From NCBI GenBank assembly GCA_009699465.1, contig WLOE01000002.1, positions 1 to 47,038 of the forward strand: a stretch of 47,038 nucleotides of DNA, read 5' to 3'. Within the stretch, counting starts at the first letter, position 1; every line of letters starts with the position of its first letter. This DNA comes from Actinomycetota bacterium (GTDB lineage: Bacteria; Actinomycetota; Actinomycetes; S36-B12). Below are positions 9,020 to 16,703 of this stretch, in pieces. The notes under the pieces are model-generated. The model had not been told where the DNA came from. It made no database searches and saw only the letters and a list, made by a program, of their open reading frames with translations. The position numbers and the translations under genes were made by a program.

Positions 9020-12000
9020 TTACCAACCACTGCTACCTGGACTGCTGTGCCACAACTTGGACCTTGGCGTTGCTGGCGCCACATCTGCATATGGGGATAC
9101 TCGGAACCCGCTGGCGTGCACAAGGACTCGACCGCCTGCATCAGTTAGCACCTCTGGTCGGTCGTCGTGCAGTACCGCACGCATTGCTTGGGTGCCGATA
9201 TCGCGCCACTGTTCGTGGATCGCCCCCAACTCCCATGCACCTGTTGCTCGGATGGACACCCCACGCGCACCGGTGCGCCGCACATGACCGCGCACCAGTA
9301 GCAGCCAGGAAGAAAAAACGGTGCTGGCATAGGGCACTTGGGAATCTTCAAAGAAGGTGGCATCGAGTGGGCCGGTCGCATCATCAAGGGTTAAGAAGAT
9401 GACGCGCTTACCCGTGCGAATCGGTGGAGTTTGGGTTGCAACCTTCACCCCAGCGATATAGATCTCTTGCTCGGATCGACACTTCAGTAAATTCTGCGCT
9501 CGAGTGATTCCCAATTGATTGAGCATCGGGTTGAAGAACTCAATGACATGCCTACTGACATCAAGACCGAGCAGATCAAGCTCAGCGCGCACGGTTTCCG
9601 TGATCGTCATTTCAGGTAACCCAGAAGCCGGAGTTGCCGCCGGATCATCGCCAAGATCAAGGAGTAACTGCCCGGGCCCGTCACCACGAGGCCGTCGTTC
9701 CAAATCAGCAAGCTGCAATAAAAGATCGCGGCGGGTGAGCTGCCCTCGTTCGCGCACTGGTCGATTGCGATCAATGCCATAGAGCTGATCACATGCACCA
9801 GTGAGCACCAAGTGCTCTGCTGTTGGTCGCGAGATGCCAGCGCGGTTCCAAAGATCGCTCAAGGATTGATAAGGCTGGCCAGCAACAAGCCGTTCAACCT
9901 CATTTTCGCTGATCCCCTTCACCTCAACAAAGGGAACTCGCACACCAAAAGCAGTTGCGGTGGCTTCCACCACATATTCCGCCCGCGATGCATTGAGATC
10001 AATCCCCAAAATCTCAACACCAAAGTGCCGAGCGTCATCAAGGATCAATCGCTTGGGATACATCCCTGGATCATGCGTAAGGATGCCGGCATAAAAAGCA
10101 GCCGGATGATGGGTTTTCAACCACGCTGATTGATAGGTCGGTAACGCAAAGGCTGCCGCATGCGCTTTACAAAATCCAAAGGATGCAAACGAACGCAAGA
10201 CATCCCAAACTTGCTCAACAACTGCCAGCGAATACCCCCGACGCAAAGCCGTGGGGTAAAACCAGACCCGCACCTCATCAATGCCAACTTGGGTGTTCAT
10301 TGACCGACGGGTTTCATCAGCTTCAGCCAAGGAACAGCCAGTCATCATTGCGACAATGCGCATCACCTGTTCATGGAACACCACCACGCCTTGGGTTTCT
10401 TCCAAGATTGGTCGCAAATCTTCATGCACGAATTTGGGTTCACTCCAGCCCTGACGAGCACGCAAGAACGGATTGATCATGTCGGACTTCACTGGGCCTG
10501 GTCGGAACAGTGAAATATCAATGATCAGATCGTTAAAGCAATCTGGACCAAATTTTCCGATGAGTTCACGTTGCCCTGGGGACTCAATTTGAAAACATCC
10601 CAACGTGCGCGTGGAAGCAATGAGCTCATAGGTTGCCGAATCATCCAGTGACACGCGTTCAAGTGCTACGACTTCACCATCAACACGAGCAACCTCAGCA
10701 ACTGCATGCGCGATAGAGGACTGCATTCGCACTCCCAACACATCGAGCTTGAGTAAGCCCATATGTTCAACATCGTCTTTATCAAACTGACTCATGGGAT
10801 AACCCGCGTTGCTTGGTTGCACTGGCGTGCGATCAAGTAATGACACATCAGAGAGCAAGACTCCGCATGGATGCATCGCCACATGTCGCGGTAATCCGTC
10901 GAGAGCTTCGACTCGTGCAAGGAACTCATCAAGTTTTCCGTCAGCTGCCATGACCCCAAAGCGACTGCGCTTGAGTTCAGGAAGATCTTCAAGGGCTGAT
11001 CGAACATTGCGGGCACGGATATGCGGGAAGGCTTTGGCAAAGGCATCGATCTCATCAGCAGGTAAGCCAAAGGCGGCGCCGGTATCCCGAATCGCGTGGC
11101 GTACTCGATAGGTCTCCATCATTGATACGCAAGCCACGCGTTTGTCACCGAAACGTTCAAAGATCCAGTCATAGACCTCTAAGCGACGTGCGGCTTCAAC
11201 ATCGATATCAATATCGGGTAGCTCTTTGCGAAGAGTGGAAAGGAAACGCTCCATCAAGAGACCATGCGCCAATGGATCAACCCCGCTGATACCAAGCAGA
11301 TAGTTGATCAAACTGCCAGCACCAGAACCACGGGCCGCAACGCGCACGTTCTTACTGACGACGAGATCAACCACCTCAGCAACAGTGAGGAAGAATCCAG
11401 CAAAACCCAAGGCACCGATCGTGCGTAACTCTTCTTCAAGGCGAAGGGCGGCAGCGCGCTGATCCGATGCAGATGAGTACCGCTGCGTGATCGCAGCTCG
11501 ACAGCGCTGCGCAAGGAGGGCATGGGCTTGCTCAACTTCATCACTGGAATCCAAGGTGCTCGCCCCAGTGAGCACATCAAGTTCAGGAACAAAGGCTGAA
11601 CCAATCCCAAGATCTGCTTGCGGATCAAGGGCGCAACTTTCAATGAGCGTCCAGGTATCGCGATGTAAGGAAGCTCGACCACAACCAGCAGCCTGAGCAA
11701 TCTCTTCAACGCGTGCATCAAGATCACTGGGTGAATCCAAGGTTGCTTGGCCGTTATTGCGCAGCATCCGCGTTGAACTCATCGGTATGAGTTGACGAGC
11801 CGCATCTAAGACATCAGCAGTTGCTGCATCAGCAACTTCCAGGTATCTCGCTGCATGCGTGAACACCACCCGTGTCTGCTGCTCACGCGCCCAACGCCAC
11901 ATCTTCGCTGCATGACTAGTCGACCACGCAGCATTGCGAGCCCTGCGATGACTACCAATCGCCACAGCAACACTTGGGCCATAGATCGAGCGCCAATGAT

Positions 12001-12514
12001 CAAGCACTTCGCGCGATGCGCGTAATTGACCTGCAAGTAACGCTGAACCAAGTTCAGAATCTGGACCAAGGAGCGCAACAAGACTGTGCCGATGAGCCAA
12101 GAGATCTGAAGCTTCCAATATTGGTAAGCCATAACGATCTGCATTTGCGTGCGCTGCAGAAATTAACCGCGATAGCGACGCCCACCCAGCACGACCACGC
12201 GCCAAAAACACCACACGAGCATCACCTTGCGCAACCCATGCACCACCGCGTGCAGGGGTGCGCCGAGCGCGTGTATGAATCGCGGGCGCATGCACCGGAA
12301 CCACAGCAAGATCAACGCCAACAACAGGAGTAAGCCCTGCCTGCTGCGCGGCTTGCACCCACTGCACTGCGCCATAGACACCATCGCGATCGGTCAACGC
12401 AATAACACGATGCCCATCGGCTGCAGCACGTTCAATAATGCGCTGCGGTGTTGCGGTGCCGTATTGCAGCGAGTAACTCGAGGCCACCCGAAGATGTGGC
12501 CAGGACAATTCCAT
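9020..12514 (-). CDS. dnaE2: Error-prone C-family DNA polymerase DnaE2 (ImuC-type alpha subunit)
   Basis: 1164 aa. Palm motif LPDIDIDVE. OB-fold region IYIAGVKVATQTPPIRTGKRVIFLTLDDATG. C-terminal KLWHSSPGSSGW matches the tail I recall as typical of actinobacterial DnaE2. The N-terminal PHP domain is present but degenerate. Operon with dinB, as reported for Streptomyces dnaE2-dinB2. Confidence 0.8.
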   Translation of the reverse strand: MELSWPHLRVASSYSLQYGTATPQRIIERAAADGHRVIALTDRDGVYGAVQWVQAAQQAGLTPVVGVDLAVVPVHAPAIHTRARRTPARGGAWVAQGDARVVFLARGRAGWASLSRLISAAHANADRYGLPILEASDLLAHRHSLVALLGPDSELGSALLAGQLRASREVLDHWRSIYGPSVAVAIGSHRRARNAAWSTSHAAKMWRWAREQQTRVVFTHAARYLEVADAATADVLDAARQLIPMSSTRMLRNNGQATLDSPSDLDARVEEIAQAAGCGRASLHRDTWTLIESCALDPQADLGIGSAFVPELDVLTGASTLDSSDEVEQAHALLAQRCRAAITQRYSSASDQRAAALRLEEELRTIGALGFAGFFLTVAEVVDLVVSKNVRVAARGSGAGSLINYLLGISGVDPLAHGLLMERFLSTLRKELPDIDIDVEAARRLEVYDWIFERFGDKRVACVSMMETYRVRHAIRDTGAAFGLPADEIDAFAKAFPHIRARNVRSALEDLPELKRSRFGVMAADGKLDEFLARVEALDGLPRHVAMHPCGVLLSDVSLLDRTPVQPSNAGYPMSQFDKDDVEHMGLLKLDVLGVRMQSSIAHAVAEVARVDGEVVALERVSLDDSATYELIASTRTLGCFQIESPGQRELIGKFGPDCFNDLIIDISLFRPGPVKSDMINPFLRARQGWSEPKFVHEDLRPILEETQGVVVFHEQVMRIVAMMTGCSLAEADETRRSMNTQVGIDEVRVWFYPTALRRGYSLAVVEQVWDVLRSFASFGFCKAHAAAFALPTYQSAWLKTHHPAAFYAGILTHDPGMYPKRLILDDARHFGVEILGIDLNASRAEYVVEATATAFGVRVPFVEVKGISENEVERLVAGQPYQSLSDLWNRAGISRPTAEHLVLTGACDQLYGIDRNRPVRERGQLTRRDLLLQLADLERRPRGDGPGQLLLDLGDDPAATPASGLPEMTITETVRAELDLLGLDVSRHVIEFFNPMLNQLGITRAQNLLKCRSEQEIYIAGVKVATQTPPIRTGKRVIFLTLDDATGPLDATFFEDSQVPYASTVFSSWLLLVRGHVRRTGARGVSIRATGAWELGAIHEQWRDIGTQAMRAVLHDDRPEVLTDAGGRVLVHASGFRVSPYADVAPATPRSKLWHSSPGSSGW

Positions 12515-12520
12515 AAAGAA

Positions 12521-12961
12521 CTAGTGCCCAGATGGCAATGGCTGCTGCGTAACACCCAGAGCAGTGGTGACTCGCTCCACAAACATCTCCGCATCACGCA
12601 CAAGATCATCAGCCTCACGGGCACTGACACATGGCACGCCTGCCTGCGCAAGCGAGCGCTTGCGCGCACCAGCGGCAAAGAAGTCAGACCATTCAGTGAA
12701 CTCTCCTGCAACTTCTGGCAGTACTTGCCACACACTGCGCACTCGACTGCGCGACTTGCGTTGCACCCGACCACGCGCTGCGAGCACCGCCGCAGCTGCA
12801 CGTAACGCAGCAAGATGCGCCGCTGCATAGCGATCAGCTGCCGAACTGGCGATCACTGCTTCAGTGAGGCTGTGGCGAGCTGCCGCGATTAACTCTTGGG
12901 TTGCCGAAGGCAGGGCGTACAGCGCAGTGACAGACGTTGGGGTTGCAATCAGGGTTGACAT
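12521..12961 (-). CDS. Small all-alpha Ala-rich protein with an Rx4H motif (HEPN-like; resembles my memory of the 'SAV_6107 family HEPN' proteins)
   Basis: 146 aa from ATG 12961, with AAGGAG Shine-Dalgarno sequence upstream. RYAAAH (12815..12832) fits the HEPN Rx4-6H signature. The stop lies 6 nt before the dnaE2 start. The family name is recalled, not searched. Confidence 0.45.
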   Translation of the reverse strand: MSTLIATPTSVTALYALPSATQELIAAARHSLTEAVIASSAADRYAAAHLAALRAAAAVLAARGRVQRKSRSRVRSVWQVLPEVAGEFTEWSDFFAAGARKRSLAQAGVPCVSAREADDLVRDAEMFVERVTTALGVTQQPLPSGH

Positions 12962-13017
12962 GGGGACTCCTTGTGGGTGTGGTTCGACTGAAAACGCTCG
13001 ACCCATCGACCCGGCCC

Positions 13018-13062
13018 CTTATCTCGCCGAGCTCGGGGTCGAATCGAGCCCGGCGAGATAAG
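13018..13062 (-). other. Long stem-loop in the predicted 5' leader of the HEPN-like/dnaE2/dinB operon
   Basis: CTTATCTCGCCGGGCTCG - AUUCGACCC loop - CGAGCTCGGCGAGATAAG on the minus strand. The stem is 18 bp. Its single non-Watson-Crick position is G.U on the minus-strand RNA but A.C on the plus strand. Confidence 0.55.
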
Positions 13063-13108
13063 AACGCTCCCTGAGAGCCTTGGCCGCGAATCCGAAGACC
13101 TCAGGAAT

Positions 13109-13124
13109 TCGAACATACGTTCGA
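13109..13124. promoter_or_regulatory. LexA (SOS) box, perfect actinobacterial consensus
   Basis: TCGAACATACGTTCGA equals TCGAAC-N4-GTTCGA. It lies in the divergent region between the HEPN-like gene and the SDR gene. Confidence 0.75.
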
Positions 13125-13133
13125 ACAAGGAGC

Positions 13134-13156
13134 ACGTTAGCCCGAGGGGCTGACAA
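13134..13156 (-). promoter_or_regulatory. RecA-NDp-like (PafBC-type) promoter motif
   Basis: The minus strand reads TTGTCAGcc-N8-TAACGT, compared with the published mycobacterial motif tTGTCRgtg-N8-TAnnnT. The spacing is exact. The -10 ends 9 nt before the LexA box. Confidence 0.45.
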
Positions 13157-13231
13157 CCGTCAATCCCGTACTTCTCACCTACCTTCGCTCCCCCTCGGCT
13201 AGGGTCCGGCTACCCCACCCAAGGAGCACTC

Positions 13232-14044
13232 ATGAGCAAGGTTTGGTTCATCACCGGCGCATCCCGCGGCTTTGGTCGCTCCTGGGCAATTGCCGCCCTT
13301 GAACGCGGCGATCGCGTTGCCGGTACCGCTCGCGATATCTCGATGCTCGCCGATTTAGTTGCTACCTACGGCGATGCTTTCTTGCCACTGCAGCTTGACG
13401 TCACTGATCGCAGTGGTGATTTCGCGGCCGTACAACAAGCACACGAATACTTCGAACAACTTGATGTGGTCGTCAATAACGCGGGTTACGGTCATTTCGG
13501 TTTTACTGAAGAACTCTCCGAAGCCGATATTCGCAACCAAATGGAAACGAACTTCTTTGGCGCTCTTTGGGTGAGCCAAGCCGCAATTCCGATCATGCGC
13601 AATCAAGGCTCTGGTCACATCATTCAGATTTCTAGTGTTGGTGGCGTGTGCGCCTTTCCAATGCTCGGCGCCTACAACGCATCAAAGTGGGCACTGGAAG
13701 CGATGAGTGAAGCACTCTCCCAAGAGGTTTCTGGATTCGGCATCAAGGTCACGATCATCGAACCTGCAGGCTTTACCACTGAATGGGGTAACACTTCATC
13801 AGTGCACTCAACTGCGCTGCCACACTATGAAGACAAGCGTGCAGCCCGTGCTGCAGCTGCCCGCCAGACTCCTCCCGCAGAGGCCACCAATGCCGCGATC
13901 TTTGCTGTGGTTGATGCAGAGCATCCACCGCTTCGCTTATTGCTCTCCAGCTTTGCCATCACCCTCGCAAACACTGCCTACGACAAGCGTCTGGCGGAGT
14001 GGGATCAATGGAGTGATGTCACTAAGGCGTGCGACAGCGTGTAG
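13232..14044 (+). CDS. Short-chain dehydrogenase/reductase (classical SDR)
   Basis: TGASRGFG cofactor motif, NNAG, and Ser...YNASK catalytic residues. AAGGAG Shine-Dalgarno sequence at 13221..13226. Confidence 0.85.
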   Translation: MSKVWFITGASRGFGRSWAIAALERGDRVAGTARDISMLADLVATYGDAFLPLQLDVTDRSGDFAAVQQAHEYFEQLDVVVNNAGYGHFGFTEELSEADIRNQMETNFFGALWVSQAAIPIMRNQGSGHIIQISSVGGVCAFPMLGAYNASKWALEAMSEALSQEVSGFGIKVTIIEPAGFTTEWGNTSSVHSTALPHYEDKRAARAAAARQTPPAEATNAAIFAVVDAEHPPLRLLLSSFAITLANTAYDKRLAEWDQWSDVTKACDSV

Positions 14045-14055
14045 CGAGCGCCGAG

Positions 14056-14712
14056 CTACTCCTGTTGGGGATCCAAAGCTTCGGCATACCCCTCGCGGAA
14101 TCCATTCTTTTTTTCCATAATTCGCAGTTCCAGCGCAGCCTTTTCTGCCGCGATATCAAGCGACGCACGCTTATCAGCGATGTAATCCATGACCGCAAAC
14201 AGCACACCTGAAACCACAAAGGTCAGATGGATCATGATCATCCAAAAGATCTGATCCGTATCTGTCATCTCTGGCTCAAGAAACACTGCAAGCAACTGAA
14301 TCACTGAAATCGCAACCAACGAACCGATGAGTTTGATCTTGAGACCAGAGAAGTCAACCTTGCCCATCCAACTTGGACGATCTTCAGTGTCTTTGGCAAC
14401 CGAGATTTTCGAAACAAAGTTTTCATACCCACTGAAAATCACGATGATGATCAAGTTTGCTAACAACACGATGTCGAGTAATTCCAGCAAGCTGATCGTG
14501 GTCTCCTTCAGGCTTGCGCCGGAAGTAATGGTGAGCAAATGCCAGAATTCTTGAGCGAACTTGATAACGAGCACGAACAGGCCGAGCAGCAGACCGATAT
14601 AGAACGGCATCAGCAGCCAGCGGCCGTTGAACAGCATCACTTCAACGCCATGTTCAAATGACTTGAATCTGCCAACAATCCCACCGCCGTGGGGATGCGG
14701 ATTCTTGGTCAT
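14056..14712 (-). CDS. UPF0114 (YqhA/TIGR00645-like) membrane protein
   Basis: FNGRWLLMPFYIGLLLGLFVLVIKF N-terminal signature plus further TM helices. Start re-picked at ATG 14712 behind AAGGAG. Confidence 0.6.
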   Translation of the reverse strand: MTKNPHPHGGGIVGRFKSFEHGVEVMLFNGRWLLMPFYIGLLLGLFVLVIKFAQEFWHLLTITSGASLKETTISLLELLDIVLLANLIIIVIFSGYENFVSKISVAKDTEDRPSWMGKVDFSGLKIKLIGSLVAISVIQLLAVFLEPEMTDTDQIFWMIMIHLTFVVSGVLFAVMDYIADKRASLDIAAEKAALELRIMEKKNGFREGYAEALDPQQE

Positions 14713-14793
14713 GATGCACTCCTTGGGAATCAAACTGGGCCTTAAGACTACTGACCCCGGAAGGCTGCGAATTTCCCGCTCTAGACTCACCAT

Positions 14794-15594
14794 ATGAGCG
14801 TGCGGGTCTATACGGGAGGTCATGCCGACCGCGGCAGCAACCTGCCGCCTTGGGTCCCAAAAGTGCCATGGATTCTGCTTGGCCTTGGCATCTTGGCTCA
14901 GGTCCTTTGGGTGCTCGTTGACGGCACCTTGCGACAGGCCCTCACTATCACTTCAGTGCTGGCCTTCTTCTTCGCATCAGCTATTCATGCCCGCCTGACC
15001 CGTCGCACCAAATGGACTGCGCAATATCTGGGCATCACCTTGGGCTTGAGTTTTCTCATTGAAGTCCTTGGCGTACAGACCCAATTCCCCTTCGGTGATT
15101 ACGCGTACACCAATGCGCTTGGGCCACAACTCTTTGGCGTACCACTCCTGATTCCACTTGCGTGGGCATCAATGGCTTACCCCTGCTTACTTGCGACGCA
15201 ACGCCTCTCCACCGATCCGCTCACCACCACACTGATTGGTGGCGTGCTGTTTGCTTCATGGGACCTGTTCCTGGATCCGCAAATGGTTGGTGAGGGGTAC
15301 TGGACCTGGAGCAATGCAGGCTGGGCACTGCCTGGCATCGACGGCATTCCTTTGCAGAACTTCCTAGGTTGGCTACTCACCGCCTTCTTATTGATTGCAC
15401 TTCTTGATCGCTTACCTCGCCGCGTTGCCAAAGATGGCGTTCCTGTAATCATGTTGAGTTGGGTCTATGTCTCAAATGTGATGGCAGCTCTGGTGTTCTT
15501 TGGTCGCCCCGGCGTTGCACTCTGGGGTGCAATCGTGATGGGCGCCGTGATCATTCCATGGTGGTGGCGCACCTGGAGCCGGCCCCAATGGTGA
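14794..15594 (+). CDS. Carotenoid biosynthesis membrane protein (DUF422/CruF-like putative carotenoid 1,2-hydratase)
   Basis: Polytopic membrane protein with FGVPLLIPLAWASMAYP...SWDLFLDPQMV...IPLQNFLGWLL, as I recall for the Caroten_synth/CruF family. Overlaps the next gene (ATGGTGA). Confidence 0.55.
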   Translation: MSVRVYTGGHADRGSNLPPWVPKVPWILLGLGILAQVLWVLVDGTLRQALTITSVLAFFFASAIHARLTRRTKWTAQYLGITLGLSFLIEVLGVQTQFPFGDYAYTNALGPQLFGVPLLIPLAWASMAYPCLLATQRLSTDPLTTTLIGGVLFASWDLFLDPQMVGEGYWTWSNAGWALPGIDGIPLQNFLGWLLTAFLLIALLDRLPRRVAKDGVPVIMLSWVYVSNVMAALVFFGRPGVALWGAIVMGAVIIPWWWRTWSRPQW

Positions 15595-16703
15595 CGAAAC
15601 GACTCACCACTCTTGGCTCCCTTTCTGCTGTTGCGATCGCTGCACACACTGCCGTAAATCTCAATGCACTACGCAAACCCAATGTTGTTGCGCCACCACT
15701 CTTAGAAAAAGTCAGTGTGTTGATCCCGGCGCGCAATGAGGCAGACAACATTCTTCGCGCTGTTTCAAGCGTGCTTGCATCTCTTGGTGTTGCAAACCTA
15801 GAAGTGCTGGTTCTCGACGATGGCTCAACTGACACAACAGCAGCAATCGTTTCGGGAATTGATGATCCACGTGTGCGCTTGATTACTGGCACCGAAGAAC
15901 CCCCAGCGGGTTGGCTAGGTAAACCTTGGGCTTGCAAGCGTCTTTCACTGGAAGCTTCCGGATCGGTGCTCGTGTTTCTTGATGCCGACGTTGAACTCTC
16001 TCCAGATGCCATCCGCGCAAGCGTTCGAGAACTTCGTGCACACAACTTTGCCATGGTCTCTCCTTATCCCCTGCAAATTGCTGAGAGTTGGCTTGAGCGA
16101 CTTGTGCAACCAATCGTTACGTGGTCATGGTGCGCCTTCTTGCCCCTTCATTGGTCGCAACGCTCAACTCGACCATCCCTGTCGGCGGCTAACGGTCAGT
16201 TCTTAGTGATTGATGCTGACGCCTACCGCGCAATTGATGGTCACACCTCTGTTGCCGGCGAAGTGCTTGAAGACATTGCGCTCATGCGGGCACTGAAAAA
16301 TTCTGGCGAACTTACCTGCACGATGGATGGCTCAACAATCGCAACGTGTCGAATGTATGCAACCACTGATGAAGTTGTTGATGGGTACGCCAAATCACTT
16401 TGGACAGGCTTTGGCAGTCCGGCTGGATCTATCGCGGTGAACCTCTTCTTGCTTACTGCATATGTCGTACCTCCCGTTGCTGCTCTTACTGCTCGCTCAC
16501 CTCGCACCAGAACCATGGGTGCAGTTGGATACGCCGCCGGAGTTGCAAGTAGAGCAATGGTTGCTCGTCGCACAAGTACTCGCGTATGGCCTGATAGCGC
16601 TGCCCACCCAGCCTCAATCACCGCTTTTGCTGCGCTGTCGGCAATCTCCTGGTCTCGACATCTTCGTGGCTCCAATTCATGGAAGGGACGATCCCTGCCA
16701 TGA
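15588..16703 (+). CDS. Family-2 glycosyltransferase, carotenoid-glycosyltransferase-like (CrtQ/CruC type)
   Basis: VSVLIPARNEADNI...VLDDGSTD...GWLGKPWAC...FLDADVEL motifs, then C-terminal TM helices. Start re-picked at ATG 15588. ATGA overlap with the next gene. Confidence 0.65.
   Translation: MVTKRLTTLGSLSAVAIAAHTAVNLNALRKPNVVAPPLLEKVSVLIPARNEADNILRAVSSVLASLGVANLEVLVLDDGSTDTTAAIVSGIDDPRVRLITGTEEPPAGWLGKPWACKRLSLEASGSVLVFLDADVELSPDAIRASVRELRAHNFAMVSPYPLQIAESWLERLVQPIVTWSWCAFLPLHWSQRSTRPSLSAANGQFLVIDADAYRAIDGHTSVAGEVLEDIALMRALKNSGELTCTMDGSTIATCRMYATTDEVVDGYAKSLWTGFGSPAGSIAVNLFLLTAYVVPPVAALTARSPRTRTMGAVGYAAGVASRAMVARRTSTRVWPDSAAHPASITAFAALSAISWSRHLRGSNSWKGRSLP

Noticed and set aside
12521-12961. 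The HEPN-like gene as a toxin of a HEPN-MNT toxin-antitoxin or abortive-infection module.
   Set aside because: No MNT/nucleotidyltransferase or other small partner ORF is adjacent. The gene is packed 6 nt upstream of dnaE2, behind SOS-type signals, in a conserved core-genome context without mobile-element hallmarks.
15459-15587. Longer N-terminal versions of several ORF-track entries: GT2 from 15459, kinase from 26968, crtYc to 26634, SRPBCC to 35037, the hypothetical from 32481, yqhA to 14823 and pfkA to 31818.
   Set aside because: The extensions overlap the neighbouring gene extensively or encode implausible sequence. Internal starts give canonical N-termini and usually a Shine-Dalgarno sequence or an ATGA-type coupling junction.
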